From assembly GCA_037045355.1 (NCBI GenBank), contig JBAOHO010000029.1:139030-203029 (forward strand): a DNA stretch of 64,000 nt. The letters run 5' to 3'. Source of the stretch: Candidatus Nanopelagicales bacterium. Lineage in GTDB: Bacteria > Actinomycetota > Actinomycetes > S36-B12 > GCA-2699445. The notes below the pieces were generated by a model. That model saw only the letters and a list, made by a program, of their open reading frames with translations. It searched no databases and had not been told where the DNA came from. This document shows, piece by piece, positions 18,332 to 27,405 of this stretch. How positions within the stretch are numbered: position 1 is the first letter of the stretch; every line of letters starts with the position of its first letter. The position numbers and the translations under genes were made by a program.

Positions 18332-20482
18332 CTAGCTCTGCGGCACGGGAGTCACGTCTCCCAGCGGTGGCCCCTGGAAGGTCACGTTGAGTTCTGTCAC
18401 CGGTGTTTGCCACTTGAAGTCGAACGGTTCCGAACTACTGAACGGGAATCCCAATTGCGCCGACTCGTAGTACCCGGCAGGCCAGCCCCCGGCCGCTCCC
18501 ATCGTGACGGGGACCGGCCAGTTGTTCCCGTATGCCGTGGCGATGGGGCTGCCGGTTGCAGCGTTGACCTTGAGCCCGGGCAGGCTGACGGTCGGTGATG
18601 CGGTGCACCCGAACTGGGCGGGGACTGCCGCGGCGCCATCGGGGGTCACCATGTCCTCCAGATTGGCCGCCGTCACGGTTCCCAGGGCCACTGCCTGACT
18701 GCCGCCCGCCGAGGCCGCCTGAATCGACACGGGCTGGTTGTTGGCGTTCGGAGCGAGGTAGGGGGTGTTGATGCCGTTGGTGGCCTCGGACACCGATTCC
18801 TCGATGTAGACCGGCTGCCCATCGGCGGTGACGCCAAAGAAATTGACCAACCAGTCGGCGTTCTGCGGGAGTTGACCCGAGCCGTTGGTCGCGGTGGTGG
18901 CCAGCGTGCTCTGTTCGACTGTGGTCGGAGCGCCGTTCCCGAAAGGAGTCGTCAGGGAGGCCGTCATCTGCGACAGATCGCAGCGCAATGTGTAGTCGCC
19001 AGTCGAATCCACCGTCGCATTCATGACCGGCGCGTTGCCGTCGTTGAGCAAGCCGGAGCTGTACTGCGGATTCGTCAGGTAGCTGAGTTGGATGTCCATC
19101 TGGCCCAAAGGAGGTTCGTTGGTACCTCCGTAGTTGCAGTAGTACGGACCGACATCAACACTGGCCCCCTCACATACGGCAACGGCGTCAGGGAATCCCG
19201 GGTTGGGGCCGACGTACTGGATCAGTCCGTCCTGGAATGTGGCGGAGCCGCCCGTGTAGGTCTTCGACGAGGCGTTCGGGGAGACCATCGGAGCCGGCAC
19301 GCCACCGTTCCAGTAGTACATGACGTTGGTCTGCGCACCGAGGGCTTGCTGCAGGGTTCCACCGATGAACGCACTACTGGGCACGTCGGTGAAAGCGCCC
19401 TGATTGCCGGCAGCGGGATTACCGGCCCAGGTATTCGTTGGCGGCCAGTCGGCTTGAGTCGGATCCGTCACGCCGTTCGTCCCGAAGCCGGTGACAGCCG
19501 TCGTCACTCCGAACAGCTGTGGGTATTCGGAGGTCTCATTGCAGGTATCGACCTTGAGACCTTCGAGGAAGGAGACGACGAAACGTACGCTGGCTGCGGC
19601 TACGGCTCCCACGATCCCGGCTCCGGTGTAGGTGCGTGGGTTGAAAGCTGAATCGACCGCTTGCTGCCCGGCAACGTTGCCCGAGTTGACGAGATCGGTC
19701 ATCAAAGTTCCCTGCGTCCCCGGGGCGTTGAGGCCTTTCTCGGCCCCGTAGAGCCCGATCGGGGGGTCATTGGGGGTGGGAGTCTCGCGTGACTTCCCGT
19801 TCTTCCAGTTGGGGTACTGGGCGTAGGCGAACAGGACGGTGTCGCCTGCGTTGGCTGTTTCGACAGCAGCGGGGGGCGGCGCCGAGGCTGTTGCCGCGTA
19901 CATGCATTGAATGACGGGTTGGAAGGTCACTTGCTGCTGGAACGGGGAGTTGTTGTTCACGTAGATGTTGTTGTAGACGGGAGTATTGGAGTTGAGCTCA
20001 GAGGCGTAACTGCCGTCAGCCACCTGCGTGCCGTGAATCAGGGAACGCCGCAGCATCTGGCGCTGCTCGATGGCTCCCGCCGTCACGCGCTGAACCTTCC
20101 GCTTGGACCACTTGCCTTTGACCAAGGGGCCCGCATTCACTTGGGTGACCTCATGGGGAGATCCACCCCTCTTAGTGTCCTTGCGGTGGCTCACGGACAC
20201 CGCCACTGCGGCTCGACGACCTTGGAACCCACGATCCCGCATCTTGTCCGAGGCGCCCTTCGACAGGGGCACCTTCATGGTCATCACCCCGGGCTTCGCG
20301 ACCTTGCGGCTCTGGTGGGATCGCATCAACAGCGCGCTGTCGGGCAAGACCTCCACCGATCGCGGCTTGTTCACCAACGTGTACTTCTTCTTGCCCACGG
20401 CCACGCGCATCCGTACTCGGTCCTGGCGCAGACCATTGCTTGCGCGGGTCCGCTTGGGATCGACGAACACCTTCGCTACCAC
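18332..20482 (-). CDS. large orphan exported protein (N/G/T/A-rich), no recognisable domain; the signal peptide appears displaced into another frame (20476-20682)
   Basis: 716-aa ORF starting at GTG 20482. The same frame stays open and coding-like upstream (...ATPATASKVEAANHVARAGYAPQWVQYPYLAKDGNGKFS) but contains no start codon. The overlapping 68-aa ORF 20476-20682 begins with a Sec-type signal (MLRAIAVTTALATAAAVGSTVGADA). This implies a frame break near 20598-20612 (ggggcggcggc). Confidence 0.65.
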   Translation of the reverse strand: MVAKVFVDPKRTRASNGLRQDRVRMRVAVGKKKYTLVNKPRSVEVLPDSALLMRSHQSRKVAKPGVMTMKVPLSKGASDKMRDRGFQGRRAAVAVSVSHRKDTKRGGSPHEVTQVNAGPLVKGKWSKRKVQRVTAGAIEQRQMLRRSLIHGTQVADGSYASELNSNTPVYNNIYVNNNSPFQQQVTFQPVIQCMYAATASAPPPAAVETANAGDTVLFAYAQYPNWKNGKSRETPTPNDPPIGLYGAEKGLNAPGTQGTLMTDLVNSGNVAGQQAVDSAFNPRTYTGAGIVGAVAAASVRFVVSFLEGLKVDTCNETSEYPQLFGVTTAVTGFGTNGVTDPTQADWPPTNTWAGNPAAGNQGAFTDVPSSAFIGGTLQQALGAQTNVMYYWNGGVPAPMVSPNASSKTYTGGSATFQDGLIQYVGPNPGFPDAVAVCEGASVDVGPYYCNYGGTNEPPLGQMDIQLSYLTNPQYSSGLLNDGNAPVMNATVDSTGDYTLRCDLSQMTASLTTPFGNGAPTTVEQSTLATTATNGSGQLPQNADWLVNFFGVTADGQPVYIEESVSEATNGINTPYLAPNANNQPVSIQAASAGGSQAVALGTVTAANLEDMVTPDGAAAVPAQFGCTASPTVSLPGLKVNAATGSPIATAYGNNWPVPVTMGAAGGWPAGYYESAQLGFPFSSSEPFDFKWQTPVTELNVTFQGPPLGDVTPVPQS

Positions 20483-20694
20483 GCTGAACTTGCCGTTGCC
20501 GTCTTTGGCCAGATAGGGGTACTGGACCCACTGCGGCGCGTAGCCCGCCCTGGCGACGTGATTGGCTGCTTCGACCTTGGATGCGGTCGCGGGCGTGGCG
20601 GGGCGGCGGCATCGGCCCCCACCGTGGACCCGACCGCAGCGGCGGTGGCCAGAGCAGTTGTCACAGCGATGGCACGAAGCATCGGCTCTCCCGA

Positions 20695-20730
20695 CTATTG
20701 GTGGGCCCGAATAGCTATTGGTGGGCCCGA
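20695..20730. repeat. perfect 16-bp direct repeat CTATTGGTGGGCCCGA x2 (20-bp period) just upstream of the orphan protein's signal-peptide start
   Basis: Copies at 20695-20710 and 20715-20730. The ATG of the signal-peptide ORF is at 20682 (minus strand). The repeat lies between that start and the glnA terminator. Confidence 0.8.
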
Positions 20731-20770
20731 GTAGCGGTGGTATGGCAGCCTAACTCCTCCGGCCGACCAC

Positions 20771-20808
20771 GGCCCCGATCTGAACGGTTTCACGCTCAGA
20801 TCGGGGCC
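20771..20808 (-). terminator. stem-loop terminator candidate downstream of glnA
   Basis: Perfect 13-bp inverted repeat GGCCCCGATCTGA-n12-TCAGATCGGGGCC beginning 8 nt after the glnA stop (20816-20818). There is no U-tract, which is common for actinobacterial terminators. Confidence 0.6.
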
Positions 20809-20815
20809 ATATCTG

Positions 20816-22240
20816 TCAGATGTCGTAGTACATCTCGAACTCATGCGGATGCGGACGCAGCCGAATGGGATCGATCTCATTGGCCCGCTTGTAGTCGACC
20901 CACGTCTCGATGAGGTCGGGCGTGAAGACGTTTCCTTCGGTGAGGAAGTCGTGATCCTCCTCGAGAGCTGTCAAGACCCCTTCCAGCGACGAGGGCACCT
21001 GCGGGATGTCCGCGGCTTCGTCCGGGGGCAACTCGTAGAGATCCTTGTCGACGGGGGCCACGGGTTCGATCTTGTTCTTGATCCCGTCCAAACCGGCCAT
21101 CAGCATCGCCGAGAACGCCAGATACGGGTTGCTCGACGGATCCGGCACGCGGAACTCGATGCGCTTGGCCTTGGCGTTCGACCCCGTGATCGGGATGCGG
21201 ATGCAGGCCGATCGGTTGCGCTGTGAGTAGACCAGATTCACAGGAGCCTCGAACCCGGGCACCAGACGGTGGAACGAGTTGGTGGTCGGGTTGGTGAACG
21301 CGAGCACCGCAGGGGCATGGGCCAGGAGTCCGCCGATGTACCAACGAGCCGTGTCAGACAGTCCGGCGTAGCCGAGCTCGTCGTAGAACAGCGGATCGCC
21401 GTCCTTCCACAGCGACTGGTGGCAGTGCATGCCGGAACCGTTGTCCCCGAACAAAGGCTTGGGCATGAATGTCGCGCTCTTGCCATTGGCCCAGGCCACG
21501 TTCTTGATCACGTACTTGAACAGCATCACCTGGTCGGCTGCGTGCAGCAGGGTGTTGAACTTGTAGTTGATCTCGGCCTGGCCGGCGGTACCGACTTCGT
21601 GGTGAGCTCGCTCGACCTCGAGGCCGACATCCATGAGAGTGCGGCTCATCTGGTCGCGCAGGTCCGCGTAGTGGTCGACCGGGGGAACGGGGAAGTATCC
21701 GCCCTTGTACCGCGTCTTGTAACCGCGGTTTCCGCCCTCTTCCTCGCGACCCGAGTTCCAAGCGCCCTCGATCGAGTCGATGAAGTAGTACCCGGCGTTC
21801 TGCTTGGTCTCGAACCGAACGTCGTCGAAAACGTAGAACTCGGCCTCGGGACCGAAGTACGCCGTGTCGGCGATGCCGGTGGACCGCAGGTAGTTCTCCG
21901 CCTTGGCCGCGATCTGACGAGGGTCGCGGGAGTAGGGCTCGTCGGTGAACGGGTCGCGGATCGAGAAGTTCATGACGAGTGTCTTCTCAGCCCGGAATGG
22001 ATCGACGAAGGCGGTGACGGGGTCCGGCACCAGCTTCATGTCCGACTCGTGGATGGCCTGGAAGCCGCGGATCGAGGACCCGTCGAACATCTGGCCGTCC
22101 GTGAAGAACGCATCGTCGACACTGGCCACGGGCACGTTGAAGTGCTGCATCACGCCAGGCAGATCACAGAACCGGACGTCTATGAACTTGACGTCCTCGT
22201 CCTTGACGTAGCGCAATACCTCGTCTGCGTTGTTGAACAT
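20816..22240 (-). CDS. glnA: glutamine synthetase type I (GlnA1-like)
   Basis: 474 aa with full-length GSI features ([29 protein letters not shown]..., ...[12 protein letters not shown]..., and the adenylylation-loop region ...DKDLYELPP). A strong RBS (AGGAGGG) precedes the ATG. Confidence 0.97.
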   Translation of the reverse strand: MFNNADEVLRYVKDEDVKFIDVRFCDLPGVMQHFNVPVASVDDAFFTDGQMFDGSSIRGFQAIHESDMKLVPDPVTAFVDPFRAEKTLVMNFSIRDPFTDEPYSRDPRQIAAKAENYLRSTGIADTAYFGPEAEFYVFDDVRFETKQNAGYYFIDSIEGAWNSGREEEGGNRGYKTRYKGGYFPVPPVDHYADLRDQMSRTLMDVGLEVERAHHEVGTAGQAEINYKFNTLLHAADQVMLFKYVIKNVAWANGKSATFMPKPLFGDNGSGMHCHQSLWKDGDPLFYDELGYAGLSDTARWYIGGLLAHAPAVLAFTNPTTNSFHRLVPGFEAPVNLVYSQRNRSACIRIPITGSNAKAKRIEFRVPDPSSNPYLAFSAMLMAGLDGIKNKIEPVAPVDKDLYELPPDEAADIPQVPSSLEGVLTALEEDHDFLTEGNVFTPDLIETWVDYKRANEIDPIRLRPHPHEFEMYYDI

Positions 22241-22323
22241 TCACCCTCCTAGGTGTCCGGAGCGAGCCGGGCGGTCGCCGCCCAGTTTCCCCCTCCTGGT
22301 CGTTGCGACAGTAGGCGGGGGGC

Positions 22324-22361
22324 ATTAATCACCCGTGTCCCTTGTGTTTCGCCCGTGTTAC
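22324..22361 (-). promoter_or_regulatory. candidate GlnR box upstream of glnA
   Basis: The minus strand reads GTAAC-acgggc-GAAAC-acaagg-GACAC-gggtga-TTAAT. The first half matches the published actinobacterial GlnR a/b-site pattern gTnAc-n6-GaAAc exactly. The second half is degenerate. The site ends about 84 nt upstream of the glnA ATG. Confidence 0.45.
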
Positions 22362-22434
22362 GTGCTCCAGGGTTCGCTCTCAGTCCACGACAACTGGTCT
22401 CGCCCTTGTCACGGAGTCGACGACCGGCCTCGGA

Positions 22435-22630
22435 CCTCTGCTGCCGCGGGTGGGGTCCTCTGCTGCCGCAGGTAGGGTCCTCTGCTGCCGCGGGTAGGGT
22501 CCTCTGCTGCACGCGGGTGGGGTCCTCTGCCGACGCGGGTGGGTCCTCTGCCGATGCGGGTGGGGTCCTCTGCTGCCGCGGGTGGGGTCCTCTGCTGCCG
22601 CGGGTGGAGTCCTCTGCTGCCGCGGGTGGA
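22435..22630. repeat. tandem minisatellite, ~22-bp unit x9 (CCTCTGCTGCCGCGGGTGGGGT and variants)
   Basis: Unit starts at 22435, 22457, 22479, 22501, 22524, 22545, 22567, 22589 and 22611, giving periods of 21-23 bp. The array lies in the divergent region between glnA (start 22240) and the RDD gene. It shares the TCCT...CCGCGGGT...GGTC skeleton with the 3024-3148 array. Confidence 0.9.
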
Positions 22631-22772
22631 TAGGGCGCCGAAAGGCAGACTGGATTACCGAAGCGTTACGGAATCCGTGAGTGGCGCGAAGAGGCCGGTA
22701 TCGGATCGGCCCCTTGCGCCGACTGACGCGCCCGTTCTGCGGCCACCTGAGCAGACGGGTACCGTGGGGCCC

Positions 22773-23234
22773 GTGGACAGGAGAGCTCTGGGGTCGTGGC
22801 TGACGACACCGGGAGAAGCACCCGAGGTCATGGGGCCGACCCAGGACTTCCGCGGCCAGAGGCTGGGCCTTCCCGAGTCCGGTCCCGGCTCGATCGCCCC
22901 CGTCAGTCGCCGGGTCATCGCACTGCTCATCGACTGGAGCGCCGCCATGATCGTGGCCCGCTTCTTCGCCGGATTCGGCACCGACGGCTACGCTTGGCTG
23001 ACCCTGGCGATCTTCGCTGGGCAGACCACCATTCTGCAGTGGCTCATGGGCTCATCGTTCGGTCAACGGATCACCAAGGTGGCCGTCGTCAGGGTCGACG
23101 GCGGTCGACTCGGCATCCTGCCGCTGATGGTGCGCACCGCGTTGGTATGCCTGGTCATCCCCGCGGTCGTCTGGGACCGGGACACGCGCGGCTTGCATGA
23201 CCGGGCAGTGCGTACGGTCTGCGTCCGGCGTTGA
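22773..23234 (+). CDS. RDD family membrane protein
   Basis: GTG 22773 (or GTG 22764) gives about 153 aa: ...QDFRGQRLGLPESGPGSIAPVSRRVIALLIDW... followed by TM helices and RD...D residues near the C-terminus. The ORF-track start 22539 lies inside the minisatellite and was rejected. Confidence 0.75.
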   Translation: MDRRALGSWLTTPGEAPEVMGPTQDFRGQRLGLPESGPGSIAPVSRRVIALLIDWSAAMIVARFFAGFGTDGYAWLTLAIFAGQTTILQWLMGSSFGQRITKVAVVRVDGGRLGILPLMVRTALVCLVIPAVVWDRDTRGLHDRAVRTVCVRR

Positions 23235-24397
23235 CTCTGAGCCCGGCCCGACGGGCGCTACTGGTCGCGGTCACGACCAACCTGGCGGGAGTTCTTCCGC
23301 TGTTCCTCACCGGGGCGATGTCCGTGCAGATCGGCCGGGAACTGGGGTTGGACCCGTCGGGGATCGGATGGCTCCTCGCCGGCTTCGCCGTGATGTCTTT
23401 GCTGCTCAGCGCTCCGCTGGGTGCCCGCGTCGGGACGATCGGCATCTCACCGTCCATGCGGATCGCGTCCGGCCTGTCTGTCGTCTCCCTGCTCGCCTGT
23501 GCCGCCGCGCCGAATCGGCTTCTGCTGGCGGCAGCCGTCTTGGTCGGAGGTACGTCGAACGCCCTGGGGCAAACGGCATCGAATGCACTGGTCGCCGCCC
23601 GGGTGCGAGCCGCGCGCTACGGACTTGGCCTACGCGATCAAGCAGTCGGCGATCCCGCTGTCGATCCTGCTGGGTGGGTTGGCGGTGCCGGCGATCGCCC
23701 TCACAGTTGGATGGCGCCACGCCTACCTGGTCGCCGCGGCCGTCGCGCTCGCGGCACTGCTGGCGGTTCCAGAGGCATGTGGCTCCGAGCCTCGGCCGAG
23801 CGGAGCGACCGGTCTCAAGCGACGAACGGGGCTCGGTGTGGCTGCTGGGCGCCGGATTGGTCGCAGCAGTAGTCGCAGCGACCTCGATCGGAGCACACGC
23901 TGCCTCATCCGCGGTCGCGATCGGCTTCAGCGAAGGTTCAGCCGGACTCATGGTGGCGGCCGGCGGTGCCGCTGGGCTCGCCGTCCGACTGGCAGCGGGC
24001 GTGCGCGCAGACCGAGTGTCCGGCGGGGCGCTCACCGCGGCCGCTGTGCTGTGCGTCATGGGTGCCGTCGGGTGGCTGTTGATGTCGACCCTGTGGCCAC
24101 TGCTCTTTGTTGTCGGGCTACTGGCCGCCAACGCCTTCGGTTGGGGATGGCCAGGACTGGTGCATCTGGCGGTCGCGCGCACGTTTCCCCGAGGCAACCG
24201 CCGCCGCCAGTGGCATCACACAGACCGGCGTGGCGCTGGGGTTGCTCATCGGACCGCCGGTTATCGGCTTGGTCGCGGTCAGCGCCGGATGGGCGTGGGC
24301 GTGGGCCCTGGCAGCCGGATCTGCCTTGGCCGGGGCCGCCTTGATCGCACTGGCTCGCAAACGACTGATCAAAGGCCGTAAAACACCCGCTCCATGA
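23231..24397 (+). pseudogene. MFS transporter, broken by three frame shifts in this sequence
   Basis: An MFS-like sequence is readable successively in four ORF-track frames. In order: MTLSPARRALLVAVTTNLAGVLPLFLTGAMSVQIGRELGLDPSGIGWLLAGF...; then ...LAYAIKQSAIPLSILLGGLAVPAIALTVGWRHAYLVAAAVALAALLAVP; then ...SVWLLGAGLVAAVVAATSIGAHAASSAVAIGFSEGSAG...GWPGLVHLAVAR; then FPEATAAASGITQTGVALGLLIGPPVIGLVAV.... Junctions are near 23628, about 23790-23830, and 24187 (tttcccc run). Confidence 0.7.
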
Positions 24398-27300
24398 CTT
24401 TGCGGGCCCGGCGCGTGGCCCGTCGGTAGTCCTGCACCACTGCCTGACTGTCGCCGCGCCGATACCCCAACAGATAACCCACAGTCCGCAGCAGAGTGGT
24501 CTCCGTCGGGACCTGGGCAGCGGGTCGGCCCGTGGCCAGCATGGTGGCGTTGCGGATGGCGGTCGCGAGCATCCAGGCCGCCCGCAGTTGCTCAGCATCG
24601 GCGGAATCGAGCAGATCGGACGCCACCGCGGCTTCGAGGGCGGGCAACGTCTGGGGGGTGCGCAGTGACTCGATCGTCGCTCCGTGCTGCATCTGGAGCA
24701 GTTGCACCGTCCACTCCACGTCGGCGAGCCCACCCGGACCCAGCTTGGTGTGCAGAGCGGGGTCAGCGCCGCGCGGCAGACGCTCCGACTCCATCCGCGC
24801 CTTCAGCCTGCGCATCTCCCGGACGTGATCCGCCGCCAGACCATGTGCGGGATAACGGATCGGGTCGATGGCGGCCAGGAACTCCTCCCCGAGTCCTGGG
24901 TCGCCCGCCACGGGCCGGGCTCGCAGCAGCGCCTGCGCCTCCCATGGCGCGGACCACTTCTCGTAGTAGGCGCGACACGATGCCAAGGATCGAGACATGG
25001 GGCCGTTGCGGCCCTCGGGACGCAGGTCGGCGTCGATGGTCAGCTCTGGATCGGGTGACGGCAGTCCCAGCAGCCGACGCAACTCATTGGCGACAGCGAT
25101 CGCTTGACGCGTGGCCACGTCTTCGCCGGTTCCGGGCAGCGCGTCATGCACGAACATGACGTCGGCATCGGAGGCGTAGGACATCTCCGCTCCCCCGAAT
25201 CGATCCCATTCCGACAACCAAGAGCCGCACTCCCAGCTTGTCCCCACCGGCGACTGCGGTGACGGCTGCCTGCAGTGCCGCGCTCACGGTCGCGGTCGTG
25301 ACATCGGACAGGCCCCCGGCCGTGGTGACGACATCGGACTCACCCAGCACGTCCGCGACCGCGATGCGGAACAGCTCCCGGCGCCGGAACGCGCGCACCG
25401 CGCCGATCGCAGTTTCCGGGTCCTCTCGGCGCGAAACCGCCGCCAACGCCTCCGACTCCAGGGATGCGGGCGTGCGATTGCCCAGATCGGTGCCGTCGGC
25501 GAGCATGGCGACGGCCTCCGGGGCGCGCATGAGCAGGTCGCTCGCGTATCGGCTCGCCCCTAGGATCGAGGCCAGGCGCTGTGCCGCGACCGATTCGTCG
25601 CGCAGCAGTCTCATGTACCAAGGCGTCGCCCCCAGGGCATCACTGACCTGGCGGAAACCCAGCAATGCCGCGTCCGGATCGGGACCGGCAGCGAACCAGC
25701 CCAGCATGACCGGGAGCAGAGTCCGCTGGATCGCGGCTCGACGGCTGACCCCGGCCGTCAGGGCCTCGAGGTGGCGCAGAGCCGAGTCGGGGGCGGTGAA
25801 TCCCAGGACCTGGAGTCGATCACGCGCAGCCGACTCGGTGAGCCGCACCTCGCCCGGCTCGAGCCGGGCCACGGCCGCGAGCAGTGGGCGGTAGAACAGC
25901 TTCTCGTGCAGCCGCCGCACCTCGCGCCGCACCTCGCGCCACTGATCGTCGAATTGCCGCTCTGGATGGGTGCGGAATCCCAGCGAACGCGCGACCCGCC
26001 GGATGTCCCTTTCGGCATCCGGTACGACCTGGATGCGCTGCAGTCGGTACAGCTGCAGGCGGTGCTCCAGGGTGCGCAGGAACCGATACGCCGACGCCAG
26101 CCCCGAGGCGTCCTTACGTCCCACGTACCCGTAAGTCGCCAGCGCCTCCAGCGCACGCATGGTGTTCGGCAGCCGCACGAGAGGATCCCCACGCCCATGA
26201 ACCATCTGCAGCAACTGGACACTGAACTCCACATCTCGCAGTCCCCCCTGGCCCAACTTCAGCTGCCTTTCCGCGGACTTGGGGGTGAGCGAGTCCTCCA
26301 CCCGCCGTCTCATCGCCTGCACGTCTTCGACGAAGTTCTCCCGCCCCGAGGCCTGCCAGACCAATGCCGCGGTGGCATCGGTGTAGGCGCGACCCAGATC
26401 CATGTCCCCAGCGGCGGCACGTGCCTTGAGCAGCGCCTGGAACTCCCACGTCTGCGCCCAACGCTCGTAGTAACCCAGGTGGCTGTCGAGGGTTCGCACC
26501 AGCGCCCCCGATTTCCCCTCCGGACGTAGTCCCGGGTCCACCTCCCACAGCGGTCCCTCGGGCGTGCTGGCGCTACACACCTTCATCAGCTCGGATGCCA
26601 ACGCCGTACCAACGCGAGTCGCCGTGACGTCGTCGGCGCCGGCGGCGGGACCGACCACGAACACGACGTCTACATCGGAGACATAGTTCAGTTCCTGCGC
26701 CCCGCACTTGCCCATGGCGATCACAGCGAACCGGCAACTGTCCGCATGCGGCACCCTGCTGCGCGCCACGGCCAAGGCCGCCTCCAACGCCGCGTCGGCC
26801 AGATCGGACAACCAGCCGACCACCGCGTCATACGGCGCTCCCCCGACCAGATCCGCCCTGGCAATGCGCAACAGGATTGCCCGGTAGCGTCTCCTGATCG
26901 CAGCAGCGGGGTCGGGGCTGGTCCCACTCGCCACCGGACCTCCGGGACCGGATTCGGCTCCGACCTCGGCGAGTAGTTCACCGATCATCGCGGTCCGGTC
27001 CGGAACCGCATGCTGCCCGGCCATCTCCGACAGGTCCTCGGGGTGGCGCACGAGGTGGTCGGCCAGCGCCTCGGAGACTCCCAACACCCCGACCACACCC
27101 TGTTGCAGTTCCGGATCGTCGTTCAGTAGCTGCACCACTGCCGGCGGGTCGTCCGAGACCGCAACGATGCGCGACAGAGACAACAGAGCGAGATCCGGGT
27201 CGGCCGCGGCTCCGAGCGCCGCGAGGAGGTCGTCACCAACAGCGCCCGCCAACGGATCCGTCGCCAGATGAACGACGGCGCGGTCGGGTTCGCGGAACCC

Positions 27301-27405
27301 GAGTCGGGCCAGCGCTCCTGCCGTCGTGGTGCGCGGTCCGCTCACAGCAACGGCAGATAGCGATCGAGTTCGAACTGAGTGACCTGACGGCGGTAGCCGC
27401 GCCAT
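24369..27405 (-). pseudogene. glnE: bifunctional glutamine synthetase adenylyltransferase / adenylyl-removing enzyme GlnE, split by one frame shift near 25201-25210
   Basis: The 753-aa ORF (25144-27405) and the 292-aa ORF (24369-25247) together form a complete two-domain GlnE. The junction reads ...LLVVGMG | RFGGAEMSYASDADVMFVH...; deleting one base in atgggaTcgattc restores the conserved nucleotidyltransferase G-x-G-R-x-G-G motif. An alternative start, GTG 27345, overlaps the glnA2 stop (GTGA). Confidence 0.85.

Noticed and set aside
6153-20730. Classic integrative genomic island or ICE
   Set aside because: No integrase, recombinase, transposase, tRNA target or terminal direct repeats are visible. 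It is kept only as a 'locus-specific insertion' hypothesis.
21269-22252. 327-aa plus-strand ORF
   Set aside because: It is antisense to glnA, which is unambiguous. The composition is shadow-ORF-like (V/R/G/D/E/H rich) with no motifs.
22435-22630. Possible CRISPR array (also considered for 3024-3148)
   Set aside because: The units are directly abutting with no unique spacers, are only 22-25 bp long, and no cas genes are nearby. They are minisatellites, not CRISPR.
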